This document shows, piece by piece, positions 63,935 to 64,000 of a stretch of DNA of 64,000 nt. Made by a program: the position numbers and the translations under genes. Each line of letters opens with the position of its first letter. Positions within the stretch are counted from its first letter, which is position 1. The notes below the pieces were generated by a model. The model was not told the DNA's origin, did no database searches, and saw only the letters and a list, made by a program, of their open reading frames with translations. Source of the stretch: Chloroflexota bacterium (GTDB lineage Bacteria > Chloroflexota > Limnocylindria > P2-11E); assembly GCA_005889075.1 (NCBI GenBank), contig VBDQ01000017.1, positions 2,075 through 66,074 of the forward strand. The letters run 5' to 3'.

Positions 63935-64000
63935 TCAGAGCTGCTCCGCCCAGATCGGATTGGCGATCGCGCGAAGCTCGCCGGTCGGGCTCGCGAGCTG
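63935..64000 (-). CDS. 3-prime end of an unidentified gene (partial, continues beyond right edge)
   Basis: Open minus-strand frame ending at TGA 63937-63935, reading ...QLASPTGELRAIANPIWAEQL. Too short to identify. Confidence 0.3.
   Translation of the reverse strand, partial: QLASPTGELRAIANPIWAEQL

Noticed and set aside
1-64000. CRISPR arrays, tRNA/rRNA genes, transposases, integrases, prophage or classic defence islands
   Set aside because: Reading both strands, I found no regularly spaced direct repeats, no tRNA-like cloverleaf signatures and no recombinase or transposase motifs. The only mobile-type module is the vapBC-like pair. This was a visual scan only; tRNAscan/Infernal/ISfinder would be the decisive check.

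Overview
Very GC-rich, gene-dense chromosomal window with about 70 protein-coding genes. Many are chained by 1-4 nt stop/start overlaps (ATGA, GTGA, TTGA, TGATG). I saw no rRNA, tRNA, CRISPR array, transposase or integrase. The lineage cannot be fixed from sequence alone; a split cytochrome b6/subunit IV, SpoIID/LytB, DUF3048 and an extended Rho suggest a high-GC Terrabacteria-like bacterium. The ORF track treats ATG/GTG/TTG as Met and always takes the longest version, so I trimmed many N-termini to the start that abuts the upstream gene. Long Arg/Ala/Pro-rich alternate-frame ORFs are artefacts. Recognisable content: sucCD, citrate synthase, rho, a molybdate/Moco cluster (MerR-TOBE regulator, modABC, moeA, moaC, moaB, then psuG), osmC, a vapBC-like pair, two tandem M20 amidohydrolases, a sulfatase/inositol-type/ABC/GDPD cluster, and several signalling proteins (adenylate cyclase, three receiver proteins, a degenerate GGDEF). 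Most unusual: (1) a Rieske/cytochrome b6-type operon led by, and translationally coupled to, a GltD/NfnB-like NAD(P)H flavoprotein fused to a 2x[4Fe-4S] ferredoxin, ending in a dihaem cytochrome c and a 36-codon TM ORF; (2) a 1313-aa PEP-utilising phosphotransferase with one ATP-grasp domain and two tandem (substrate-domain + phosphohistidine swivel) modules; (3) two genes whose conserved N-termini precede any ATG/GTG/TTG but sit in CTGA / ATAG stop-start overlaps; (4) a TolB-like lipoprotein gene split by one in-frame TAG. All functional calls rest on motifs read by eye; no database search was run.
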